32,000 bases of DNA from Candidatus Kuenenia stuttgartensis (GCF_900232105.1 NZ_LT934425.1:900001-932000); one strand, 5' to 3'. Shown: positions 10,136-20,076, numbered from the stretch's first letter. Program-made: numbers and translations. The notes: generated by a model not told the origin, from the letters alone.

Positions 10136-11884
10136 ATGGTATCCACTTCCTGGCTACAAAAGAATAAAAAAATCGTTTATATCATAATGATATTTGCCGT
10201 TTCTGTTTGGGGCATAAGCTTTTCCGCGATGGAATTAATTCCCAAAAAACCTATCGCCAAAGTATTGGGAAGGAAGATTACACAGGATGAGTTTACCGAA
10301 ATGGCAATCAGGTGGCAGAGGTTGTTTTTCCCTCAAACGCAGGAATCAATTATCCCTATAGTCTGGAAGCAGTTTCTGATGGTTGAAAAGGCAAATCAAA
10401 TGGGATTAATGATAACAAGCCCTGAAGTTGAAGACGGTTTACGGAGAATTGCTTTTCAGGTTTTCGGGCAAACTCCTGAGCTTGAAAAAAGAAGACTAAT
10501 GCAGTTTCTGTGTAATACTTTTAAACTTACTCCGGATCAAATACAACGTACTATCAGGGAAGCCCTGCTGGTTGAAAAGCTGGAATCTCTGTTGCGTTCA
10601 TCCACAAAAGTAACAAGTGAGGAACTTTGGTACCGGTTTTCTCTGGAAAACGAGCAGGTAAAGTTAAAAATCATGGCATTAAAGGCGAGTGATTTTGCCG
10701 ATACCGTTCAGGTAAATGAAGAAGAGCTAATAGCGTTTTATAATAAATACAAGAACAAAGAATATGATGCACACAGTGGAACTCCAGGCTACATGCTTCC
10801 TGAAATGGTAAAGATTGAATGCCTTATTGCTAAATTTGACGATATGCAGGCGCTTGTTGATGTTACGAAGGAAGATATAAAGAAGTATTATGAGGATAAT
10901 AAGGAAACGCAATATAAAATCGATCCCGCAGAAATAACAACCGAAGAATCTTCTGTTCCTGAGGATAAAACGGAGACAATGTCAGAAGGCGACACAAAGG
11001 AAAAGGACCTTAGCCACGTTTACAAATCGTATGATGCGGTAAAGGATGAAATTCGGAAAATACTTGCAGGACAAATGGCAAGGGAAAAAGCATCAGAGGT
11101 GATACATAAGGTGGATGAGGAAATTTACGCAACAATAGACAAGGAAGACCGCCCGAATTTCAGCGATCTTGCCGTAAAATATAAATTAACCCGCACCATT
11201 CCTGCCGGAAAAGAATCGAAGCGCGAGTTTCTTGCAGAAAGCGATTTGTGGGAAATCTTCCCGGGGTCTGATAAGATTTCGAAGGTTGCTTTTGACAGGG
11301 AAAAATTTGAACCATCTATGCCGCTGGAGTTTGTTGAGGGGTTTGTTATTTTTCAGGTAATCGATAAGAAATATCCCGCTCCTGCCCCATTTGAGGAGAT
11401 CAAAAATAAAGTTTTACGGGACATTACAATAGAAAAGGGATTGCAAAAATCGATAGAAATCGCAGAAAAATACACAAGTGGTTCCAATTCAGCCACTGCG
11501 TTTGAAGATATTGTAAAATTAATTGCTGGTGAGTATAGTCAAAAAGATTTTCTGGTATGTGAAACTGATTACATCAAGCGTCCTATGAAACTTTTTGACA
11601 GGGATTCGCGATATATAGAGGCGCTTGATGCAGACCGCCCTAACCTCACAAATAAGGCCTTTGAATTAAAACCGGGCGAAGTGGCCTTTGCTGTAGAAAC
11701 TCTTGATGAAAAGGCGTGTTACATAATAAGTGTAATAGAGAGAAAACCTGCCGATACCGCTCTTTTTGAAAAAACCAGGGAAAACGTCATGAAAAGGTTT
11801 TTGTACGAAAAACAGGAGGCCTTTTTGACCGCATGGAAAGCCGACATGAACAAACAGATGGAAATTTACACAAAATTTCAATAG
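10136..11884 (+). CDS. SurA/PpiD-like periplasmic chaperone (SurA_N-like domain, membrane-anchored)
   Basis: 582 aa with N-terminal TM helix, then VAKVLGRKITQDEFTEMAIRWQRLF...EKANQMGLMITSPEVEDGLRRIAFQVFG. C-terminus has the parvulin-adjacent pattern KAFELKPGEVAFAVETLDEKACYIISVIERK. Confidence 0.75.
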   Translation: MVSTSWLQKNKKIVYIIMIFAVSVWGISFSAMELIPKKPIAKVLGRKITQDEFTEMAIRWQRLFFPQTQESIIPIVWKQFLMVEKANQMGLMITSPEVEDGLRRIAFQVFGQTPELEKRRLMQFLCNTFKLTPDQIQRTIREALLVEKLESLLRSSTKVTSEELWYRFSLENEQVKLKIMALKASDFADTVQVNEEELIAFYNKYKNKEYDAHSGTPGYMLPEMVKIECLIAKFDDMQALVDVTKEDIKKYYEDNKETQYKIDPAEITTEESSVPEDKTETMSEGDTKEKDLSHVYKSYDAVKDEIRKILAGQMAREKASEVIHKVDEEIYATIDKEDRPNFSDLAVKYKLTRTIPAGKESKREFLAESDLWEIFPGSDKISKVAFDREKFEPSMPLEFVEGFVIFQVIDKKYPAPAPFEEIKNKVLRDITIEKGLQKSIEIAEKYTSGSNSATAFEDIVKLIAGEYSQKDFLVCETDYIKRPMKLFDRDSRYIEALDADRPNLTNKAFELKPGEVAFAVETLDEKACYIISVIERKPADTALFEKTRENVMKRFLYEKQEAFLTAWKADMNKQMEIYTKFQ

Positions 11885-12186
11885 AAACGTACTTGTGGCA
11901 AAAATCCTGTTTGTGATGAAACCTTCATAATCTCTGGCCACAAAAGGAGGAGAAGATATCTCCTTTGCGGTCATTCTGGACATATTCACTTCGTTTAGAG
12001 TAACTCCGCCGGGCGTCTTTCAAGATTCCCCAATACAGTCTGGAGTAGCGAATAAATTCCAATTTCTTACCTTGTTACTACGTAAATGGTACTGCTTTAA
12101 ATAACAAAAATTTGGGGGATATGACGATAGCTGATGGACATCCTTGTTTTTTTTAGTCCCTTCATCTCTCGTCCGTCGTTTTCCAT

Positions 12187-13173
12187 GTGTTATGGCATAT
12201 ATTGGGGGAGCTATCATTGGAAAAGATTTACCGTATAAGCGAATTTAAAGGAAAAATTCATAATCCGGTAGTTACACTTGGTGTTTTTGACGGCGTACAT
12301 CGTGGACATCAGAAAATTATTGAATACACAAAAAGTTTAGCCTCTAAAAAGAGCGGAGACTCTGTCATTATCACCTTTGACGTACACCCAAGAGTTCTTT
12401 TGGAAAACAAAACCCCTTTTTTCATCACTTCCCTGTCGCATCGTTTGGTATTGTTTGAAAGGCTGGGTGTTGATTATACGTTAATATTGCCATTTAACGA
12501 TTCCCTTGCACAAACAAACGCAAAAGATTTTATAGAAAACATACTCGTAAAAGAGTTAGATTCAAAATGCATAGTGCTTGGTTTTAATTGCCATTTTGGA
12601 AAGAATAGAAGCGGGAATATCAAACTCGTAAAGGAATTGGCGGGCAAATACCATTATGAAGCACACGAATGCCCACCGGAAACCTATAAGGGGCAGGTTA
12701 TCAGCAGCACTGTTATCCGTAAAGCCATTCAGGAAGGCGCATTAGAGAAGGCGGAAGCCATGCTTGGAAGGCCTGTCTCTGTTTTAGGCACTGTCGTAAG
12801 AAAATCCGGCAGAGGCGTAACTATGGGATATCCCACCGCAAATCTGGATTTGCACCACGAAATCAGGCCACCACAAGGCGTATACGCCACAAAGGTATGC
12901 TGGAAGGAAAGGGAATATCTGGCATTGACCAATATCGGCTCCAGGCCTACTTTTTTCAAAGAGTCCTTATCAAGCGAAGACGAAACCATGGAGATAGAGA
13001 CACACATACTGGATTTTCACGAATCAATTTACGGAAAAAACCTTGAAGTGCAGTTTCTCTTCAGGATCAGAGACGAAATACCCTTCGGTTCCATTGAAGC
13101 ATTAAAACAGCAAATAGAAAAAGATAAAGAAATGTTGTTGAAAAAGATGCTCTCTGGAGCCTTGACGAAATAG
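12187..13173 (+). CDS. ribF: Bifunctional riboflavin kinase / FMN adenylyltransferase
   Basis: VVTLGVFDGVHRGHQKII, VLGFNCHFGKNRSGN, ISSTVIRKAIQEG, LGRPVSVLGTVVRKSGRGVTMGYPTANL, ALTNIGSRPTF: all diagnostic RibF motifs. Confidence 0.95.
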   Translation: MLWHILGELSLEKIYRISEFKGKIHNPVVTLGVFDGVHRGHQKIIEYTKSLASKKSGDSVIITFDVHPRVLLENKTPFFITSLSHRLVLFERLGVDYTLILPFNDSLAQTNAKDFIENILVKELDSKCIVLGFNCHFGKNRSGNIKLVKELAGKYHYEAHECPPETYKGQVISSTVIRKAIQEGALEKAEAMLGRPVSVLGTVVRKSGRGVTMGYPTANLDLHHEIRPPQGVYATKVCWKEREYLALTNIGSRPTFFKESLSSEDETMEIETHILDFHESIYGKNLEVQFLFRIRDEIPFGSIEALKQQIEKDKEMLLKKMLSGALTK

Positions 13174-13388
13174 CCATATTCAAATATGTCGCTCCTAGAA
13201 ATTTTCCCAAGAACAACTTGGCGCGGCCTTTGGCCGCAACCAAATTCAAAATACGAATATCGAAATACGAAACAAATTCAAATGACAAAAAACCCAATGC
13301 TCCAAACTTTACGTAATCCTCATCTAATCAATGCCTTACGGTTATGCATTTTGAAAAACGAGCATAAAAAACAAGAAGTTGATGGATA

Positions 13389-13450
13389 GTAGTACAAAGA
13401 ATAGCAAAAGAGATTGGTGTACCGTGGTAGGCATTTAAGAAAAAAATTAG
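13389..13450 (+). pseudogene. Possible HicA-like C-terminal fragment (degraded)
   Basis: The frame reads VVQRIAKEIGVPW*AFKKKIS*, reminiscent of the C-terminus of HicA-like proteins, directly upstream of a HicB-like remnant. Confidence 0.3.
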
Positions 13451-13584
13451 CTGAAGGAGATTTGTTATACGTAAAAATTTTACTATTGATATAGAGAAAG
13501 ACGGAAAGTTTTATATTGCCCAATGCAGAGAACACTCAAATTGTTTTACTCAAGGCAAGACCACAGCAGAAGCTAACCGTAATA

Positions 13585-14710
13585 TAGTAAAAAGCATTTA
13601 TTTTTATAAAAATCTGTTTTTTTCTTGCATTTGAATTGTTTCTAGAGTATTAAATTCTGCATGAATCCATTTCTCAGTGAAAAAACCCGAATAGAATTTA
13701 AAAAAGCACATAAGAAAGAGCCTCATAGACGTCATGCCGACCGAATCAAAGCTATACTTCTTCTTGATTCAGGATGGAGTTATGAAGAAGTAGCAGAGGC
13801 GCTCTTGTTAGACGATCAAACAATCAGGAATTACGAAAAACTATACAAAGATAAAGGTTTTGACGGGCTTTTATCTGACAATTATATTGGCTGTGTGCCA
13901 AAACTCACCTGCGAACAAGAAGAACAATTAAAAGATCATATCAGGAAAAACAACTATAGCGCGGCAAAAGAAATTGTTGAATATGTAAAACAGACATTCA
14001 ATAAAATCTATACACCCGAAGGAATGGTACATACCCTCGATAGATTAGGCTTTACTTACAAGAAAACTACAATAGTTCCAGGCAAAGCAAACCCTGAAAA
14101 ACAAAAAGAATTTGTCGAAAAATACAAACAACTCAAAGAAGAGAAAGCCCCCGGAGATAAGATACTTTTTATGGATGGAGTTCATCCACAGCACAATTCT
14201 ACGTCTGCATATTGCTGGATAGAGAAAGGCAAAAAGAAGGAAATACCCTCTAATACCGGCAGGAAAAGAATAAATTTAAACGGTGCTATTGACATAGAAA
14301 CCTTTGAAGTAACAATCCGGGAAGATGAAAGCATCAATGCTCAATCAACAATAAAGCTTTTCCATGAAATAGAGTCAAGGTATGCTCAAGCCGGTACTAT
14401 TTACATAATCTCTGATAATGCTAAATATTACAGGTCTAAGTTGGTCAAAGAATACCTTGCAAATTCGAGAATAAAGATCAAATTTCTCCCTTCCTATTCA
14501 CCCAATTTAAATCTCATTGAAAGATTATGGAAATTCTTTCGCAAAAAAATATTGTATAACAAGTATTATGATACTTATGAGAAGTTTAAAAACAAATGTT
14601 TAAGTTTTTTCAAAAATATTAACGAGTATACAGATGAATTGTCTACTCTTTTAACTGAAAATTTTCAAATTATTGGCGAGCAAATTTCGAAAACCTGATT
14701 TGTTTGACTA
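13585..14710 (+). mobile_element. IS630-family insertion sequence, apparently intact, with TA target duplication
   Basis: Contains a full-length transposase. Proposed ends are TAGTAAAAAG... and the reverse complement TAGTCAAACA.... TA duplications lie at 13583-13584 and 14711-14712. Removing the element restores the HicB-like frame. Confidence 0.75.
13661..14698 (+). CDS. IS630 family transposase
   Basis: 345 aa. N-terminal HTH is RHADRIKAILLLDSGWSYEEVAEALLLDDQTIRNYEKLY. DDE domain includes ILFMDGVHPQH, YIISDNAKYYRS and FLPSYSPNLNLIERLWKFFRKK. Confidence 0.96.
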   Translation: MNPFLSEKTRIEFKKAHKKEPHRRHADRIKAILLLDSGWSYEEVAEALLLDDQTIRNYEKLYKDKGFDGLLSDNYIGCVPKLTCEQEEQLKDHIRKNNYSAAKEIVEYVKQTFNKIYTPEGMVHTLDRLGFTYKKTTIVPGKANPEKQKEFVEKYKQLKEEKAPGDKILFMDGVHPQHNSTSAYCWIEKGKKKEIPSNTGRKRINLNGAIDIETFEVTIREDESINAQSTIKLFHEIESRYAQAGTIYIISDNAKYYRSKLVKEYLANSRIKIKFLPSYSPNLNLIERLWKFFRKKILYNKYYDTYEKFKNKCLSFFKNINEYTDELSTLLTENFQIIGEQISKT

Positions 14711-15005
14711 TATAAAAGAAGTAATAGGGCTTATCCTTGAAGTAAAAACTTATCAATATACACTATGATGGTGCGAAAAGAGTTAAATATTGACAAAAAA
14801 GGACTACTTATACCCTGCAATCAAACACGGATGAGCACTGCTAATCACAGATAGAACAAATAGTTATGCTTAGATGGTATTTCACCAAAAAGGTGATTTA
14901 TTGTTTATACTTAACTCTTTGAAAGATCGGTGCAAATCTTACTGTCCGAATGCCTTTTTTAACTGGTGTAAAAATACGGACAAATCCTTTTTCCCTTCCA
15001 TATCC

Positions 15006-16376
15006 ATGAAAGAACCAAAATCCCTTTTTCTCTCCGAAGACTCACTTGGTATTGTTACTGATTTTTATCAGCTTACTATGGCTGCCGGATATTTTGAACA
15101 CGGCATGCATGATATTGCCACGTTTGAATTTTATATTCGCCACCTGCCGGAAAATCGCAGTTACATAATTACCGCAGGACTAGAACAGGTGCTTCACTAC
15201 CTAACCCATATCCGGTTTTCACCTGAAGCTATCCGGTTTATCAGGAAACAACCGGCTTTCAGTCATGTAGGTGATGCATTTTTTGCATATTTGAAAAAAT
15301 TTGCCTTTAGCGGCGATGTATTTGCCGTTCCTGAAGGGACGATTGTATTTGCGGAAGAACCTATACTTAGGGTAACAGCCCCCATAATTGAGGCGCAAAT
15401 TGTCGAAACATATCTGCTTTCCACCATTAATTTTCAGAGTTCCATTGCAACAAAGGCGTCGAGAGTCGTCTATGCTTCCCGAGGGCGTGATGTTATTGAT
15501 TTTGGAACACGCCGCGCCCATGGTCCGCAGGCAGGCATCCTTGCAGCCCGCGCTTGTTTTATCGGAGGATGTAAAAGCACCTCTAACGTTTTTGCAGCAT
15601 ATGAGCTGGATATTCCCCCTGCCGGTACAATTGCCCACTCATGGGTAATGGTTTTTGAAAACGAAGCGGAGTCGTTTCGTAAATATCATGAGACATTTCC
15701 TGATGATACGGCGCTCCTTATTGATACCTATGACACACTCGTCGGGGCGAAACATGCCGCCGCTATAGGTGAAAAACTGAAAGGAGTACGTATCGATAGT
15801 GGAAACTTATTGGAACTAAGCAAAGAAGTAAGAAAAATATTGAATAGTCAAAGGATGCATCATGTTAAAATAATTGCAAGCGGCGATCTCAATGAGGAAC
15901 GTATTGACGACTTGCTAAGAAATGGGGCTCCTATTGATTCCTTTGGCGTGGGCACTGAAATGGTAACGTCAAAGGATGCGCCTGCATTGGGAGGAATTTA
16001 TAAACTGGTCGAACAGGAACATGACGGAAAGCCTGTCCCTAAAATGAAGTTCAGCAAAGATAAGCTTACTTATCCGTACAAAAAACAAGTCTACCGTCGT
16101 ACAGACAAAGATACTCATTTTGTTGAGGATATAATAGGGCTTGAAAATGAGCAGGGAGACGCCATTCCTCTTTTAATACAGGTGGTAAAGGGTGGCGAAA
16201 TATGTTATGCCCTGCCTGCTTTACAGGAGATTCAAAATAATGCACTGTGTAATATTGTCAAATTGCCGGAGCCATACAAACGTCTTAGAAATGCTGAAAC
16301 CTATCCTGTTAAAAAAAGTCAGGCATTAGAAGCAAAAAAACGAGAGGCAGAGCAACTCCTGAGAAGGAATAACTGA
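15006..16376 (+). CDS. pncB: Nicotinate phosphoribosyltransferase
   Basis: VTDFYQLTMAAGYFEHG, DFGTRRAHGPQAG, STSNVFAAYELDIPPAGTIAHSWVM, GVRIDSGNL, SGDLNEERI and FGVGTEMVTSKDAPALGGIYKLV match the NAPRTase family. The listed ORF extends upstream to 14874. Confidence 0.93.
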   Translation: MKEPKSLFLSEDSLGIVTDFYQLTMAAGYFEHGMHDIATFEFYIRHLPENRSYIITAGLEQVLHYLTHIRFSPEAIRFIRKQPAFSHVGDAFFAYLKKFAFSGDVFAVPEGTIVFAEEPILRVTAPIIEAQIVETYLLSTINFQSSIATKASRVVYASRGRDVIDFGTRRAHGPQAGILAARACFIGGCKSTSNVFAAYELDIPPAGTIAHSWVMVFENEAESFRKYHETFPDDTALLIDTYDTLVGAKHAAAIGEKLKGVRIDSGNLLELSKEVRKILNSQRMHHVKIIASGDLNEERIDDLLRNGAPIDSFGVGTEMVTSKDAPALGGIYKLVEQEHDGKPVPKMKFSKDKLTYPYKKQVYRRTDKDTHFVEDIIGLENEQGDAIPLLIQVVKGGEICYALPALQEIQNNALCNIVKLPEPYKRLRNAETYPVKKSQALEAKKREAEQLLRRNN

Positions 16377-16401
16377 AAAGAGGATCTTCAGGTGAAAAAA
16401 T

Positions 16402-18045
16402 ATGAAAGTAGCGCTGGCACAAATTAATACTGTCGTTGGTGACTTTGAAAACAATGTACGGAAAATATGTTCATTCATAGAACAGGCAAAAAGGAAACAT
16501 GCAGACCTTGTTGTTTTCCCCGAACTTGCAGTTACTGGTTATCCGCCGAAGGATTTTCTTGATATTCCTGCCTTTGTAGGCCACAATTTGAAGGCGTTAA
16601 GGGACATAACTCAACAGGTATCAGGTATTGCCGCTATTGTGGGATTCGTTGACAGAAACAGGCAATCATACGGCAAACTCGTCCATAATGCAGCCGCATT
16701 TATTCAAGACAGACAAATTGTGTCGGTGCACCACAAGTCGCTTCTCCCGACATACGATGTTTTTGACGAATCCCGCTATTTTGAATCTGCATGTTCCATC
16801 GCCCCAGTCCAGTTTAATAACTATACGCTTGGAATATCTATTTGTGAGGATATATGGAACGATGAAGAATTCTGGATGCGTCCACTTTATGAAACTGACC
16901 CCATTGAAAAGCTCATATCGAAGGGTGCGAATGTTATTATCAATATTTCCGCATCTCCTTTTACGGTTGAGAAGCACGAATCAATACGGCTGAGGATGCT
17001 TACGCATGATGCAAAGAAGTACAAAGTCCCTTTCATTTACGTAAATCAGATCGGAGGCAATGATGAACTTGTTTTTGATGGGAGCAGTGCTGTTATCAAT
17101 GCGCAAGGCAAGCGTATTGCTCAGGCAGCGGCATTCGGGGAAGATTTAATTGTCGTTGACCTTGAAAATACCGCAACACAGGTTGTCCCGCAGACCTTTA
17201 CTCCAATCGAAACAGTTCAAAAAGCACTTCTTCTTGGGCTTCGGGATTATGTCGTAAAATGTGGTTTTGAGAAGGTGATTATTGGGTTAAGCGGCGGTAT
17301 AGATTCCGCAGTAACCGCTGCCCTTGCCGTAGAAGCGCTGGGAAGCGAAAATGTAATGGGCATAATTATGCCATCTCAATTTTCTTCACAGGGCAGCGTT
17401 GATGATGCGGTGCAGCTTTCAAAAAATCTTGCCATTGACTACAGAATCTTTCCCATTAAAGATCTGTTTGATGGTTACCAAACGATCCTGCGTGAAGAAT
17501 TCAGGGGGCTGCCTTTCGATATAGCGGAAGAGAATTTACAGGCGCGAATCCGCGGAAATATTATCATGACCTTGTCTAATAAGTACGGGTATCTGGTGCT
17601 TTCTACGGGAAACAAATCTGAGATGGCGATAGGGTATTGTACATTGTACGGAGATATGAACGGGGGGCTTGCGCTCATTTCAGACGTGCCAAAAACGATG
17701 GTGTATGAATTGGCTAAATACATGAACCGGGAAAAGGAGATAATACCGCAGGAAACACTGTCCAAACCACCTTCGGCGGAATTAAGACCAAACCAGCTCG
17801 ATCAGGACAGCCTGCCTCCTTACGATATTCTCGATAGTATATTAAAGGCATACATTGAAGAAGCTAAATGTATAGAAGAAATTGTACGTATGGGGTTTGA
17901 TGAAACAACCGTACGTGACGTTATTCAAAAAGTAAACAGAAATGAATACAAAAGGCGTCAGGCTGCGCCGGGGATAAAAGTAACGTCAAAGGCATTCGGC
18001 TCCGGCAGACGCATGCCAATAGCACATAAATTTACCGGCGAGTAA
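16402..18045 (+). CDS. nadE: Glutamine-dependent NAD+ synthetase
   Basis: N-terminal nitrilase-like domain (DLVVFPELAVTGYPPKD, HHKSLLPTYDVFDESRYF, GISICEDIW). C-terminal synthetase P-loop is GLSGGIDSAVTAALAVEALG, with LSTGNKSEMAIGYCTLYGDMNGGLALISD. Confidence 0.97.
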   Translation: MKVALAQINTVVGDFENNVRKICSFIEQAKRKHADLVVFPELAVTGYPPKDFLDIPAFVGHNLKALRDITQQVSGIAAIVGFVDRNRQSYGKLVHNAAAFIQDRQIVSVHHKSLLPTYDVFDESRYFESACSIAPVQFNNYTLGISICEDIWNDEEFWMRPLYETDPIEKLISKGANVIINISASPFTVEKHESIRLRMLTHDAKKYKVPFIYVNQIGGNDELVFDGSSAVINAQGKRIAQAAAFGEDLIVVDLENTATQVVPQTFTPIETVQKALLLGLRDYVVKCGFEKVIIGLSGGIDSAVTAALAVEALGSENVMGIIMPSQFSSQGSVDDAVQLSKNLAIDYRIFPIKDLFDGYQTILREEFRGLPFDIAEENLQARIRGNIIMTLSNKYGYLVLSTGNKSEMAIGYCTLYGDMNGGLALISDVPKTMVYELAKYMNREKEIIPQETLSKPPSAELRPNQLDQDSLPPYDILDSILKAYIEEAKCIEEIVRMGFDETTVRDVIQKVNRNEYKRRQAAPGIKVTSKAFGSGRRMPIAHKFTGE

Positions 18046-18268
18046 ATGGCCATTAATAATGGGACACTTCCCATATTTCTTGCTTGATTTGTTGTGAAAA
18101 TAAGGGAAATGTCCCCACATTTACAGTTCCTTAGTTGAAGGGGTGTATTCCCGATTTTTTGTAAAAAAGAAAGCCGTTGACTGATATTTTACTTGTGCAA
18201 CAAATAAAAGTTGCCGAAGGCCTAATTAAAAGAAGGGTAACATTTTAGTTCTTTGAAAAATCCCAATA

Positions 18269-18450
18269 ATCCCGAAGGGATGAAATGATTATAGAAATTA
18301 TGCGAAAAACCCGTAATTAACCCCGAAGGGGTGATATAATTTTATCTGTGTTGCCTTTCATAAAATACCTAACCGTGGCGATTATATCATCCCTTCGGGA
18401 TTAGGCGTGGTTTTACTGTGTTTTCTATAATCATATTACCCCTTTGGGGT
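18269..18450. repeat. Cluster of four short palindromic elements (CCCGAAGGG-RTGAnAT-nATTATA)
   Basis: Forward copies at 18269-18294 and 18319-18341. Reverse copies at 18380-18402 and 18425-18450. Confidence 0.75.
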
Positions 18451-18480
18451 TCTCCTTTTTTCCTGGAATTTTTCAAAAAA

Positions 18481-18732
18481 CTAAAGTGTTACAAAGAAGG
18501 AGAAGTCGGGGGCAATACAGGAAGTTAAACTAAAATTGATCAGGAGATCGAAAAACTGGCTATTGTTTAAACAAAAATCATCTTTTATTTCAAAGACAAT
18601 GTTGTCACCTTCTTCAAAATGAAGTCTGTCTCTAAAAGATATAGGGAGCATTCCCGTTTTTTTGTAACCGTTAATGATGGGGTCAGGACGAAACAACCCT
18701 GACAGGGTTTGAAACCCTGTCAGGGTTAACAC
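18481..18732 (-). pseudogene. Possible AbrB/SpoVT-like fragment
   Basis: The minus-strand frame reads KKTGMLPISFRDRLHFEEGDNIVFEIKDD, close to the SpoVT/AbrB pattern (..G.. IP..iR..L.l..GD.v.fei). Flanked by repeats and a palindrome rather than normal gene context. Confidence 0.3.
18695..18727. repeat. Perfect 33-bp inverted repeat
   Basis: AACCCTGACAGGGTTT-G-AAACCCTGTCAGGGTT. Confidence 0.9.
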
Positions 18733-18824
18733 TACTGCAACGTTTCATTAAAACATAGCGGAAGTTACAAAAAATCAGGAATGCACCCAAAGATATAAGA
18801 GTTCCGGAGAATCTTAAGGCTTTA

Positions 18825-19358
18825 CTATTCAGTTGTGCCGTCTTTTAAAGTTACCATCTTTTCTATCATCATTGTAGCCGCGATAGAAAGCATAATTGCA
18901 CAGGCAAAAAAATAAATACCTATCTGCGCGTTGGCATCTGCGATATCCCTGGTCTTGATCAGTATGACGAGTATTGCTACGATGAAAACATCAAGCATAG
19001 ACCATTTTCCTAAAATACCTGACCAGTAAAGAAAACGTTTTCTCCCTTCCGGTTCTAATGGTACGAACCAAACAAAAAGTAGGCCAATAAGTTTTACACA
19101 GGGAAACATGATGGAAAAAAAGAAGATTATTACTGCCAGACCGATGTGGTTCGACTTCCATAATTCCCACACACCATCCCAAATAGAATACGTATTTGTG
19201 AAGAAAATTACTTTTGTCAGCTTGAGTGTTGGAAGGTTCAGCCCTGCAATGAGGAGTCCCAATGCTATCACTATCATCACGGGCATATCCCATCGATACG
19301 GCTTAATACTATAAATTGACTTTTTTTGCGGCATAATATAAGGGTGTACACTAAACAA
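18825..19358 (-). CDS. Paraquat-inducible protein A (PqiA)-like membrane protein
   Basis: Multiple TM helices. Contains GLNLPTLKLTKVIFFTNTYSIWDGVWELWKSNHIGLAVIIFFFSIMFPCVKLIGL...LGKWSMLDVFIVAILVILIK, the PqiA signature. The start may instead be at 19334 (MPQKKS). Confidence 0.85.
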   Translation of the reverse strand: MFSVHPYIMPQKKSIYSIKPYRWDMPVMIVIALGLLIAGLNLPTLKLTKVIFFTNTYSIWDGVWELWKSNHIGLAVIIFFFSIMFPCVKLIGLLFVWFVPLEPEGRKRFLYWSGILGKWSMLDVFIVAILVILIKTRDIADANAQIGIYFFACAIMLSIAATMMIEKMVTLKDGTTE

Positions 19359-19509
19359 TTAGTTCGTTTATTAACTCTTAGGCATCCTGTCTGCATTCAC
19401 TACTATACAGGCAGATGGTTGGTGCGGTTATAATGAACGTGTTGATTCGGGGTGGGAGAAATCGCTAATGCCGGGTTTATTAATATGTTTCTACTTGTCT
19501 TTAAAGACC

Positions 19510-19782
19510 TCAAATCCTTTCAGGTAGTCTTCCGTACTCTATTGGTGTTTCTATTCCGAGCTTGGCCAATACATCGATTGCTTCACTTATTGAAATATCA
19601 AGTTTTTTGGATAATCCCTCTTGCGAAAGCTTGCCTTCTTTGTAATATCTTACCATTAAAAATTCCCAACCGTATTCAAGAAGCTCTCTCGCTATTGTTG
19701 ATTTATCCTTATGTTCCTGCCTGGAAAGTTCTTCAATCCTCTCCAAATCTTTCTCTTTTAATCTCAGGCTTATTACTCCCAC
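19510..19782 (-). CDS. UPF0175 family antitoxin-like protein
   Basis: 90 aa. LRLKEKDLERIEELSRQEHKDKSTIARELLEYGWEFLMVRYYKEGKLSQEGLSKKLDISISEAIDVLAKLGIETPI. GTG start preceded by AAAGGAGG. Confidence 0.85.
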   Translation of the reverse strand: MGVISLRLKEKDLERIEELSRQEHKDKSTIARELLEYGWEFLMVRYYKEGKLSQEGLSKKLDISISEAIDVLAKLGIETPIEYGRLPERI

Positions 19783-20076
19783 CCGCTTCCTCCTTTCAGA
19801 CGATGAGTAGCGCCCTCAATCATTTTTTTGCTGTATCTGCCATAGACGGATAGTTTCTCAAGTTTTACCAATGCAATGGATTTATCCATTTTATTTTGAA
19901 AGAGGATATGGCCACATTTTGATTTGCGATTAAACCTATTTTTGAAATCACCGCTCCAGATGTAGCACCTTTTGTTCCTCATAGTCTCGTAAGGGGGAGG
20001 TTGCAGCGTTCCACTAATATTATCCCCTGTGTAGCAGAAATGCATTGGGTTCACTTCAGGGCTAAAGCCTCTTATT

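Larger units (their letters stand above)
13479..14768 (+). pseudogene. HicB-like antitoxin gene interrupted by an IS630 element
   Basis: Reading 13479..13584 joined to 14713..14768 gives FTIDIEKDGKFYIAQCREHSNCFTQGKTTAEANRNI-KEVIGLILEVKTYQYTL*, a HicB-like sequence that is continuous only if the IS and one TA copy are removed. No clear start codon is seen. Confidence 0.7.

Noticed and set aside
16628-17765. Alternative ORFs inside nadE
   Set aside because: NadE motifs are continuous in the main frame; the overlaps are spurious.
18269-18450. Repeats resembling a mini CRISPR array
   Set aside because: The units are in mixed orientation with variable spacing and divergent sequence, and there are no cas genes. 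REP/BIME-like is a better fit.
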